Position numbers and translations under genes: made by a program. A stretch of 64,000 nt of DNA from an uncultured Opitutales bacterium (GTDB taxonomy: Bacteria > Verrucomicrobiota > Verrucomicrobiia > Opitutales > CAZQIE01). Positions 30,914 through 38,919 of this stretch are shown here, one piece after another. The notes under the pieces were generated by a model. That model saw only the letters and a program-made list of their open reading frames with translations, was not told where the DNA came from and did no database searches. The stretch is from positions 7,267 through 71,266 of the forward strand of contig CAZQIE010000004.1 of NCBI GenBank assembly GCA_964593675.1, read 5' to 3'. Numbering within the stretch: position 1 is the first letter of the stretch; each line of letters starts with the position of its first letter.

Positions 30914-31497
30914 TGCGCCACCCTCTCTTTCAAGATGCGGGTCACCATATGCCCCACAACAATTTGCAAGTCCTCAGAAATCTGCATGTCGTCCACCGCG
31001 AAGTGCAGGGCGATATCCACCATCCCCTTGCACACCCCGCCGCTGAACCCCAAAATCCCCGCCGTCTCGAGCCCAAGCTCCTGCGCCACCTTCAGCGCCT
31101 CCACCACATTCGGCGAGTTCCCGCTACCCGACATCACCACCAGCAGGTCGCCACGCTTCCCCTGCACCCGTAGCTGGTTCGAAAAAATCTTCTCATAGCC
31201 CGTGTCGTTCCCCAAGCACGTCAGCACCGACACATTCCCCACCAGCGCGTGCGCCCTCAGGCCCTTTCCCGGCGACGGTGCCACCCCATACAAAAGGTCC
31301 ACCGCAAGATGCGCCGCATTCGCCGCGCTTCCGCCGTTGCCGCACAAAAACACCGTCGCACCGCGCTCCCATACCCCATACAACGCGTCCGCAAGCCGCT
31401 CCACGCCCGACCAGTCCGCGTCCTTCAACACAGACCCAAACCGCGAAATATACGCCTGGACGATCTCGCAACCGACGCTCTGGACAGTGGCAGCCAT
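30901..31497 (-). CDS. gmhA: Phosphoheptose isomerase (SIS domain)
   Basis: The internal ATG at 31497 gives a 198-aa protein with FLCGNGGSAANAAHLAVDL and VMSGSGNSPNV SIS motifs. The upstream 76 codons of the track ORF are G/R-rich and lie in repeat DNA. Confidence 0.85.
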   Translation of the reverse strand: MAATVQSVGCEIVQAYISRFGSVLKDADWSGVERLADALYGVWERGATVFLCGNGGSAANAAHLAVDLLYGVAPSPGKGLRAHALVGNVSVLTCLGNDTGYEKIFSNQLRVQGKRGDLLVVMSGSGNSPNVVEALKVAQELGLETAGILGFSGGVCKGMVDIALHFAVDDMQISEDLQIVVGHMVTRILKERVAQCSR

Positions 31498-31690
31498 GCA
31501 AATGCGCCCTCCGGAAAAACGCCAAAAATCCCGCGTCCTCCTCGGGCAAGTGGGGAATAAGTCGTCAGGATTCTTCCGTTCTTCAGTCCTCGCGCAACGG
31601 AAAACGTGCCCTTGCCGCCAATCCTGAACCCACTCCCCCCTCGGCCACCTCCGCGACTCATGCCCAGGCCGTGCGACCCCCCCAAAAAAA

Positions 31691-31860
31691 AACGCGAAGC
31701 GGCAGCCCCCACCCGTGCAGCCCAACAGAATCGGCCCACGCCGTGCGTGCCAGCCCAGACCTTACCAAAACCGCCGCAGAAACGCGAAGCGGCAGCCCAA
31801 CCCGTGCAGCCCAACAGAATCGGCCCACGCCGTGCGTGGCGGCGTGCGTGGTTTGATCCG
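31691..31860 (+). repeat. Tandem repeat, about 90-bp unit x 2, with two perfect ATCGGCCCACGCCGTGCG cores
   Basis: The unit aacgcgaagcggcagccc..cccgtgcagcccaacagaatcggcccacgccgtgcg occurs at 31691 and 31781. Confidence 0.8.
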
Positions 31861-32019
31861 TTGGGACAGGAAAATTGCGTTACAGCCGGTTTTCCGGTAA
31901 AAATAGACCTTCGCGCGGCGCGCCTGCTCGAACCCGCCTTGCGGACCACCCAAGGATCGTGTTCGCTATTCTAGCGCGGCACTCGTGTTCCGCCTCTCCC
32001 ATTTCCTTGTCGGCCCATC

Positions 32020-34107
32020 ATGCTCCCCAAGACCCTGTTCCCCGTAATCCTCCTCTGCGCCCTCCTGTTCGGCGTCCCCATTGCCCACGCCGCGCCCGTC
32101 CGCTCCCAGCACACCGAAGCTGAGCTCATCGCCGAGGACTCCACCCTCGTCCCTGGCCGCCCCTTTTGGGTCGCCCTCCGCCTGCGCATGGACCCCCATT
32201 GGCACACCTACTGGGAAAACGCGGGCGAAGCCGGCCTCCCCACCACCCTGAAGTGGCAACTCCCCAACGGCTGGCATGCCGGCCCCATCCATTGGCCCGC
32301 ACCCAGCCGCTTCGTTCAAGGCGGCGTTGTAAACTTTGGCTATGACGGCGAGGTCCTCCTCCTCGTCAACATCACCCCCCCCGCCAACCTCACCGCAGAC
32401 GAACCCATCACCCTCAAGGCCCAGGCGGACTGGCTTGAATGCGCCGACATCTGCGTCCCCGGACGCGCCCAGCTCGCCCTCGACCTCCCCGTAACCGCGG
32501 GCCCCCCCATCGCCTCAGTCCACAAGCCCGCCTTTGACAACGCCCGCGCCCAGTGGCCCTCCCCCCTCCCCGCAGGGTTTCAGGCCAAAGCCTGGCGCAC
32601 CCCCGCCACCTTCACCCTAAGCCTCACCGGCCCCACCGGAACCCCCGCACCCGCCGGCGCCTTTTTCTTCTCCCGCGACGCCACCGTGTCGCCCTCGGCC
32701 CCACAGACCGCGACGACCTCCGCCTCCACGCTCGTCCTCACCCTAACACGCGAAAAAGGCGTGCCCGACCCCGCGACCCTGTCCGGCGTCCTCAGCCTCC
32801 CGCGCGGCTTCCTTGGCAACGGCACTCCCGCCGCCTACACACTGGACCTCCCCTTTGAGGCCGGCGCAGCCCCCGTGCCTTCGGCCGCGACCGCCACGCC
32901 CTCCAACACGCCGCCGCGCCCCGGCCTCGGCAAGGTCCTCGTCCTCGCCTTCTTTGGCGGCCTCATCCTCAACCTCATGCCCTGCGTTTTCCCCGTTCTT
33001 GGCCTCAAGATCATGGGCTTCGTCAAGCAGGCCGGGGCCTCCCGCCGCAGAGTCGTCCTTCACGGCCTCACCTTCACCCTCGGCGTCCTCGTCAGCTTTT
33101 GGGTGCTCGTCGCCGTCCTGTCCCTTCTACGCGCCGGAGGCCACCAGCTCGGCTGGGGCTTCCAGCTCCAGGAGCCCGGCTTCGTCCTCGCCCTCGCCCT
33201 TTTCCTCTTCATTTTCGGCCTCAACCTCAGCGGCGTCTTCGAAGTCGGCTATGCCCTCATGGGCGTCGGCTCCCGCCTGAGCGGACGCTCCGGACTCGCC
33301 GGCTCCTTCTTTAGCGGCGTCCTGGCCACCGTCGTCGCCACGCCCTGCGCCGCCCCCATGCTCGCCCCCGCCCTTGGGGCCGCCCTCGCGCTCCCCCCGC
33401 TCGGCATGGCCGCCGCCTTCACGGCCATCGCCCTGGGCCTCTCCACGCCCTACCTCCTGCTCTGCGCCTACCCGCGACTCGTCCAGGCCCTTCCCAAGCC
33501 CGGAGCCTGGATGGAAAGCTTCAAGCAGTTCATGGCCTTTGCCCTTTACGCCACCGCCGCCTACCTCCTCTGGACCCTCGCCGGCCAAGTCGGTGACGAA
33601 CGCTTCCAGAACATCCTCTTCGGCTTCGTCCTCGCCGCGCTCGCCTGCTGGATCTACGGACGCTGGGGCGCCCCCCAACGCTCACCCCGCACACGCTCCC
33701 TCGGTCGCCTCACCGCCGCCACCGTCCTCGGCGCCGCCCTGTTCCTCGCCTACGCCCCCGAAACCAAGCTCGCCTGGGAACCCTGGAGCCCTGCGCGCCT
33801 CGAAGAGCTCCGCGCCCAAGGCCGTCCCGTCTATGTGGACTTTACCGCCCGCTGGTGCGCCACCTGTCAGGTCAACAAACGCGCCGTCTTCAGCTCAAAA
33901 GACGTCCTCGATGAGCTTGGCCGCCGCGACTTCGCCCTCCTGAAGGCCGACTGGACAAACCGGGACCCCGCCATCACCGCCGCCCTGGAACGCTTTGGCC
34001 GGGCCGCCGTCCCCTTCAACCTCGTTTACCTGCCCAACCGCTCGGACCCCATCATCCTGCCCGAAGTCCTCACTCCCGCCATCGTCCTCGACGCCATCAG
34101 CCAGTAA
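32020..34107 (+). CDS. dsbD: Thiol:disulfide interchange protein DsbD family (N-terminal DsbD-alpha-like, CcdA-type membrane core, C-terminal thioredoxin)
   Basis: Signal peptide, then ADWLECADICVPG. The membrane core has LNLMPCVFPVL and TPCAAPML. The C-terminus has FTARWCATCQVNK, a thioredoxin CxxC. Confidence 0.85.
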   Translation: MLPKTLFPVILLCALLFGVPIAHAAPVRSQHTEAELIAEDSTLVPGRPFWVALRLRMDPHWHTYWENAGEAGLPTTLKWQLPNGWHAGPIHWPAPSRFVQGGVVNFGYDGEVLLLVNITPPANLTADEPITLKAQADWLECADICVPGRAQLALDLPVTAGPPIASVHKPAFDNARAQWPSPLPAGFQAKAWRTPATFTLSLTGPTGTPAPAGAFFFSRDATVSPSAPQTATTSASTLVLTLTREKGVPDPATLSGVLSLPRGFLGNGTPAAYTLDLPFEAGAAPVPSAATATPSNTPPRPGLGKVLVLAFFGGLILNLMPCVFPVLGLKIMGFVKQAGASRRRVVLHGLTFTLGVLVSFWVLVAVLSLLRAGGHQLGWGFQLQEPGFVLALALFLFIFGLNLSGVFEVGYALMGVGSRLSGRSGLAGSFFSGVLATVVATPCAAPMLAPALGAALALPPLGMAAAFTAIALGLSTPYLLLCAYPRLVQALPKPGAWMESFKQFMAFALYATAAYLLWTLAGQVGDERFQNILFGFVLAALACWIYGRWGAPQRSPRTRSLGRLTAATVLGAALFLAYAPETKLAWEPWSPARLEELRAQGRPVYVDFTARWCATCQVNKRAVFSSKDVLDELGRRDFALLKADWTNRDPAITAALERFGRAAVPFNLVYLPNRSDPIILPEVLTPAIVLDAISQ

Positions 34108-34145
34108 CACCCCCTTCCGCCCCCTCCCGGCCCTGGAACTCAGCA

Positions 34146-34184
34146 AAGCGGCAGATCAAGCCCACGCAGCCCAACACAGCTGCC
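34146..34184 (+). repeat. Partial solo copy of the dispersed repeat family
   Basis: aagcggcagatcaagcccacgcagcccaacacagctgcc resembles the 5' half of the 31.7-kb unit (agcggcagcccaacccgtgcagcccaacagaat). Confidence 0.35.
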
Positions 34185-34187
34185 TAG

Positions 34188-35240
34188 TCAGCGCGTTGGT
34201 GCTTTCACGCCCGCAGCCGCGGCCTCGTACAGCTCCACAACGTCGCCCACATCCTCGACCCAGTATAGGCGGTCTGCCTGTTCCGGTTTCGCGGCCAACG
34301 TAAAGTCCTGCGGCGTCGGCAACCCCGTCGCCTTCGCATTCCGCGCGATCCCCGACTTCTCCATGTACCGCACAAACCGGTTCGCCAGCTCCTTCCGCGC
34401 GCTTGCCCGCGACACCGTCAGGTTCCACGCCACCACCAGCGTGCCATGTTCCGGGATCTCAAACCGGAAGAGCGCGGAGTCCCCGCACGCACGCTTAAAA
34501 TCCGTGCTTCGGCCGTACGCCACCGTCGCGTCACCCGCCGCCAGCGCGGCAAACGGGTTTACCCCGGCACCCGGCGTAAGGAACCGCCGCTGCGACCGCA
34601 ACAGCGAGCCCGCCTGTTCCACGGCCGCCGTGTCCAGTGCGTTCGGCGAATGCCCCAGATACAGCAACGCCACCCCCACGGCCTCCCGGGGCTCCCGCGT
34701 CATCGCCAGTTTCCCGCGCAACGGCGCGAGCTTTGCCGGGTCGAAAAGCGTATCCAGACCGTTGAACGGGCCGCCCTCCGCCCCCTCGCGATACCCGATC
34801 CCGCAAACCGCCCACGTCAGCGGCAGCGACACCGTAAGGTCCGGGTCGTACGGCGGGCTTTGCAAGAACCCGGGTTCTGACGTGCCCTCTTTGGCCGGCG
34901 GCTTCATGGCAGCGCTCGCCAGCGGCACGATCAGGTTGTCCCGCAAAAACGCATCCACCGAGGCCCCCGTGAGCACGATCACGTCGCACGGAGAACGCCC
35001 CGCCCCCAGGTCTTCCCGCAACTCCGCCTCGCTCGACAGCGGGCGCACCTCCACCTTCGCCCCCGTTTCCTGCTCGAACGCCTTCAGCACTTCAGGCGCA
35101 AGCAGCCCTTCCGGCGCGCAAACGACGAGCGGCCCAGCCGCGCGTACCTTCCATGCGGGCACGCGGTCGAACCACAGCCAAGCCAGACCGACGGCAAGCG
35201 TCGTCACCACCAGGCACGTCATCAGCAATTTGCGGAGCAT
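34188..35240 (-). CDS. Periplasmic solute-binding protein (PotD/PotF-like, ABC-type), orphan
   Basis: N-terminal TM/signal anchor. The overall pattern is that of type 2 extracellular solute-binding proteins (VVCAPEGL..FEQETG.KV .. DVIVL). No permease or ATPase is adjacent. Confidence 0.7.
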   Translation of the reverse strand: MLRKLLMTCLVVTTLAVGLAWLWFDRVPAWKVRAAGPLVVCAPEGLLAPEVLKAFEQETGAKVEVRPLSSEAELREDLGAGRSPCDVIVLTGASVDAFLRDNLIVPLASAAMKPPAKEGTSEPGFLQSPPYDPDLTVSLPLTWAVCGIGYREGAEGGPFNGLDTLFDPAKLAPLRGKLAMTREPREAVGVALLYLGHSPNALDTAAVEQAGSLLRSQRRFLTPGAGVNPFAALAAGDATVAYGRSTDFKRACGDSALFRFEIPEHGTLVVAWNLTVSRASARKELANRFVRYMEKSGIARNAKATGLPTPQDFTLAAKPEQADRLYWVEDVGDVVELYEAAAAGVKAPTR

Positions 35241-35375
35241 CGGCTGCCTCCGTATTGGCGGGGGCGCCGCCCAAAGGCAACTCCGTACGCCGCGACTCTA
35301 ACGTGCGCGCTTGGCCTACCAGCCGCGTCCCCGCGCTACGGGGGGGCCAGTCGGGGGAGTCGCCGTTTTCGCCGC

Positions 35376-35771
35376 CTACAGCTTCGCCTTTATCGTCTCC
35401 AGAATCTTGATGGACTTCCGTTCGTCCCCAAACACCCCATACCGGATCCCCACCTTCGTCGTGCGGTCCGTTTCACGCTCCAGCGACACCGACACGCTCG
35501 TGTCGTCCGCCGTCCGCGCCTCAAACGAGGCCTCCTGCGCGTCCGCCTTACGCTCCACGATGTTGTAGCCCAGGTCCTTCAGGGCGCCTTCGGTTGCCCG
35601 TGCGGACTGGGGCACCGACGCCTGAAGTGTGTCGGTGAGCTCACCACGGACGTACGCCACGCCACCCCCCGCGGCCCCGGCGGCGGCGATGGCAAGGCAG
35701 CCGGTCATGAGGGTTGCGGCGGAAAGGCAAGCAGCGAGCCAGAGGGCAGTGATGGCTTTCTCAAATTTCAT
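35376..35771 (-). CDS. DUF3568-like lipoprotein
   Basis: Lipobox LMTGC after a signal peptide. 131 aa. The G/A-rich linker followed by an alpha/beta region is typical of DUF3568 proteins. Confidence 0.65.
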   Translation of the reverse strand: MKFEKAITALWLAACLSAATLMTGCLAIAAAGAAGGGVAYVRGELTDTLQASVPQSARATEGALKDLGYNIVERKADAQEASFEARTADDTSVSVSLERETDRTTKVGIRYGVFGDERKSIKILETIKAKL

Positions 35772-35885
35772 GGCCCTAATGTAACAAACCGTTGGACGAT
35801 GACAACGGGGGACGGGCGTTTTTGGTGCAAATAATCAGGCGCGTTATTGGGCAACCTTTCGCCGCCGCGGGCCCCGGCTGATTTC

Positions 35886-36260
35886 TCACGCCAAGCGCAG
35901 ATACCAGTCCAGGATAACGTGGGCGAGCAACCCGATCCGTGTCGCCCCTTCAATGGTCATCAGGACGAGCGTCCACTTTATCGACATCGCCCGCCGTGCG
36001 AGCGTCCCGAACGCGGTCATGCCCAGGATAATGAGACCGTTCAGGCGCGTCTCGGGCAGCACCAGCAGCGAAAGGTAATACACCCACGACAGTATGAGGC
36101 ACGCCAGCCACGCCCCCGTGAGCAGCTTGCCGGGCCCGCCGGGGTTTTCGTCCAGCGGGTGCCGGTTGGCCCGGATCTGCCGAAGGCCGATATAGCGCTC
36201 CGCCACGATGAGCTGGGTGAGCTCAAAGAAGATGAAGAGCGGTGCGAGCAGCGCGAGCAT
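35886..36260 (-). CDS. Small integral membrane protein, hypothetical
   Basis: The internal ATG at 36260 gives 124 aa with 3-4 hydrophobic spans (MLALLAPLFIFFEL.., LLTGAWLACLILSWVYYLSLLVL). The upstream part of the track ORF is R/G-rich. Confidence 0.5.
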   Translation of the reverse strand: MLALLAPLFIFFELTQLIVAERYIGLRQIRANRHPLDENPGGPGKLLTGAWLACLILSWVYYLSLLVLPETRLNGLIILGMTAFGTLARRAMSIKWTLVLMTIEGATRIGLLAHVILDWYLRLA

Positions 36261-36550
36261 GGGGGACCGTCGTGCGCGGGGTGGGTGTGGCGGGGCGCGG
36301 GTTTGAGCGGGTTTGCCGGGCCTGCGCCCGTGCCGAGGCGCGGAACCCGTTGCCATTGTGCGTTCACCCGACCCCGAGCGGAAGCCAAAACCCGTCTCCA
36401 GTCCGCCCCTGCCGCCGTTCCAGTTCCTTCGCACCAAGCGTCCATCCGACGCCCTCTACGCAATTGAAGACCGCCGTGCGGTCGCTGTGCGCGTGGCCTT
36501 GTGGCCGAAGGGGCTTGCGGGGGTGCTGACAAAGGGTCAGGGTCGAACGC

Positions 36551-37333
36551 ATGTCAGGTGCTCGTGTTCCGGTTGAGGTGCAACGGCCCGGCTTGCTCGC
36601 GTTTTGGGACTTTCACGAGGCCCCCGGTGAGGCTCGGGTGTCCGGGGCTGGTGAGGCATACCGGCTCCGCGAGTGTGGTGGGCCGATTCTGCGTGTGAAC
36701 GAGGGGCCCTTTGGCAGCGCGGCGCGGATCGCTACAGGGCAGTATTTCCTGCTGCCGAGGGAGGAGCTGGGGGCGCTTGATATACATGGTCCAAAGGCGG
36801 AGGTTTCCGTGGTAGCCTGGGTAAAGCGTCTGGGGGCGGCGAACTGGCAGGCCGTTGCCGGGGTGTGGGATGAATCTGTGGACACGCGGCAGTATTGCCT
36901 GTTTTTGAACGCTTACAGCGAGACGAGCTGCCGAACGATGCAGCGGACGCCGTGCGCAAACCGGGTCCACGCCCATATTTCCAGTGTCGGTGGGCCGACT
37001 CCCGGTGCCCCCTTTTGCCTGACCTACGCGACCGGGGCTTCGGAGGTGCTTCCGGGGCGGTGGGCGTGCCTTGCCTTTACGTATGACGCGAAGGAAATCC
37101 GGGTATACGTGGACGGGCGCCTGGATGCGCAGTTTGAGACGAACCCGTTTCCCTATGCGGAGGGCATATTCGACGGTGGGCCGGCGGGTGCCCCGCTGAG
37201 CGTGGGGGCAAATTCCGTCCGGGGGCAGATGGAGAACTTTTTCGACGGTCTGTTTGGCGGCCTTGCGATTTTCGGGCGGGCGCTGCAACCCGACGAGGTT
37301 GCGGGGTTGAGCGCCGCACGCCGGCAGGGCTGA
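36551..37333 (+). CDS. LamG/concanavalin-A-like lectin domain protein
   Basis: VVAWVKR......WQAVAGVWDE, FTYDAKEIRVYVDG and FDGLFGGLAIFGRALQPDEV match the Laminin_G_3 pattern. No signal peptide is evident. Confidence 0.7.
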   Translation: MSGARVPVEVQRPGLLAFWDFHEAPGEARVSGAGEAYRLRECGGPILRVNEGPFGSAARIATGQYFLLPREELGALDIHGPKAEVSVVAWVKRLGAANWQAVAGVWDESVDTRQYCLFLNAYSETSCRTMQRTPCANRVHAHISSVGGPTPGAPFCLTYATGASEVLPGRWACLAFTYDAKEIRVYVDGRLDAQFETNPFPYAEGIFDGGPAGAPLSVGANSVRGQMENFFDGLFGGLAIFGRALQPDEVAGLSAARRQG

Positions 37334-37368
37334 CGCCGCCGCCCGGTCTGCATGTGGAAAGACGCAGC

Positions 37369-37415
37369 GGCCGCAGTCCTTTGGGAAGGGCCGCGGCCGC
37401 CGGTTCTCTCTTTTT
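37369..37415. terminator. GC-rich hairpin with a distal T-tract between the convergent LamG and hsp20 genes
   Basis: ggccgcagtcctt / aagggccgcggcc, 13 bp with 2 mismatches, then ...ctctctttttg. The T-tract is about 12 nt from the stem, so confidence is moderate. Confidence 0.45.
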
Positions 37416-37512
37416 GATATTACTGTATTTGGTCTTACCTCCTCAGGCTAGGATCTCCCGGGTTGAAGGTTGGGGGGAGCGCGTGGCCGCGTGCGCGGCT
37501 TAAGTCGCGCGG

Positions 37513-37890
37513 TTACTTGATGGTGATCTTGCGCGGTTTGACTTCCTCGGCCTTTGGCAGGGTGAGGCACAGCATGCCGTCCTCGACCATTGCCGAGATC
37601 TTTGAGGGATCGACGGCGACGTTGAGGCGTAGGGCGAGGCGGAAGTCGTGGCCGCTGATCTCGCGGCGCAGCGGCTTCCAGGTTTCGGGCGTCTTTTGGG
37701 CGCGCGTGCCGGTGATCAAGAGGATGTCTTCCTCAAGGGAGACATCGAGGCCGTCTTTGGTCACGCCGGGCATGGCGACTTGGACCTGGAAGTCGTCCGG
37801 GCTTTCCCAGACTTCGTACGTCGGGCGGCGGAACGCCTGGGGACGGGTCTGGGTCGCGGGCTTATCAAACTTGGTTTCGATTTCGTTCAT
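37513..37890 (-). CDS. Small heat-shock protein (Hsp20/alpha-crystallin), downstream copy
   Basis: The alpha-crystallin domain signature is present: FQVQVAMPGVTKDGLDVSLEEDILLITG ... EDGMLCLTLPK. Confidence 0.9.
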   Translation of the reverse strand: MNEIETKFDKPATQTRPQAFRRPTYEVWESPDDFQVQVAMPGVTKDGLDVSLEEDILLITGTRAQKTPETWKPLRREISGHDFRLALRLNVAVDPSKISAMVEDGMLCLTLPKAEEVKPRKITIK

Positions 37891-37929
37891 GGCGCGTATC
37901 TCCGGAATTAGGTGTGTTGCGGTTGTCGG

Positions 37930-38364
37930 TTAGCGCACGTCGATGCGGCGCGGCTTGCGGGCTTCCTGCTTCGGGAGCGTGATCGTGAGGATGCCGTCTT
38001 CGTAGTGGGCCTCCACTCGGGCGGGGTCTACGCATTCGGGGACGCTGAGGGAGCGCGTGTAGCTTTCCTCGGCTTCGCCTTCGTCGGTCTTGCGCACGCG
38101 GTTGGCGTTGATCGACAGGACGGCGTTTTCGATTTCGAGGGTGATCTGGTCCTTCTTCACGCCGGGTAGCTCAATGCGGACGTAGAAGTTCGTGTCGTCC
38201 TCATAGAGGTCGGTGGCGGGCGCAGCTTCCGCGGCGGCCCAGGGGGAGCCGAAGAAGGGCTCAAAGAGGGAGCTCATACGGTCGAAGGCCGGGAGGGCGC
38301 TTTCGAAGAGGCGATTCATGTCCGTAAACCCGGTTGGCGGGCATTCATAGCGTACGAGTTTCAT
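37930..38364 (-). CDS. Small heat-shock protein (Hsp20/alpha-crystallin), upstream copy
   Basis: DLYEDDTNFYVRIELPGVKKDQITLEIENAVLSI ... YEDGILTITLPK. Confidence 0.9.
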   Translation of the reverse strand: MKLVRYECPPTGFTDMNRLFESALPAFDRMSSLFEPFFGSPWAAAEAAPATDLYEDDTNFYVRIELPGVKKDQITLEIENAVLSINANRVRKTDEGEAEESYTRSLSVPECVDPARVEAHYEDGILTITLPKQEARKPRRIDVR

Positions 38365-38428
38365 GGTGATGTCCTTGTGTATAGAGGTTTGTGTTGGTGC
38401 TCGTTGTGGCTTTTGCCTGCCAGCCTAA

Positions 38429-38446
38429 TTGCAGCTGGCATGCCAG
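38429..38446 (-). promoter_or_regulatory. Sigma-54 (-24/-12) type promoter upstream of the hsp20 pair
   Basis: The minus strand reads CTGGCATGCCAGCTGCAA. TGGCAT-N5-CTGCA has the GG and GC elements at the canonical spacing (consensus TGGCAC-N5-TTGCW), about 65 nt upstream of the hsp20 ATG. Confidence 0.6.
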
Positions 38447-38675
38447 CCGTGTATAATAAAAAGATAGCTCATAATCAGCGAGTTACAACAGGTGTGGGTG
38501 AAAGTGGGCGTGTCAGAATGGCACTGTTGCGGGACGCCTTTTCCTGGGGCTGTATTGAGAGGGACAAGGTGGCGCACAAGCAGGGGTGTTTGCAACAGGG
38601 CGTGCGGGAGAAACGTGGTGGGGGCGGCTTTGGCGCACGCTTGCGCCGGGGCGCAGCGGGGGTTTGATTGGGGGG

Positions 38676-38891
38676 ATGGCGAATCCGGGTATGGCGGACG
38701 ACGAACGGGTGCGGGAACTGGAGATCAAGGTGGCGTTTCTTGAGCGGCACGTTGAGGAGCAGGACCGCGTAATGCATGGTCTGGCAAAGGACCTGGACCG
38801 GTTGCGCGGCGAGGTGAAGCGGCTTAGTGAGCGCATGACGTCGGGGCCGGGGGAAGACGCGCCGGCCAATGAGCGGCCACCGCATTATTGA
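38676..38891 (+). CDS. slyX: SlyX-family coiled-coil protein
   Basis: The internal ATG at 38676 gives 71 aa with RVRELEIKVAFLERHVEEQDRVMHGLAKDLDRLRGEVKRL, the SlyX pattern. Confidence 0.75.
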   Translation: MANPGMADDERVRELEIKVAFLERHVEEQDRVMHGLAKDLDRLRGEVKRLSERMTSGPGEDAPANERPPHY

Positions 38892-38919
38892 GCGGACGCG
38901 TGACCGGGGAGAGCATGCG

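Noticed and set aside
38520-38531. A second sigma-54-like TGGCAC motif (tggcactgttgc) on the plus strand upstream of slyX.
   Set aside because: The TTGC element is 3 nt too close to the GG element for a functional -24/-12 promoter.
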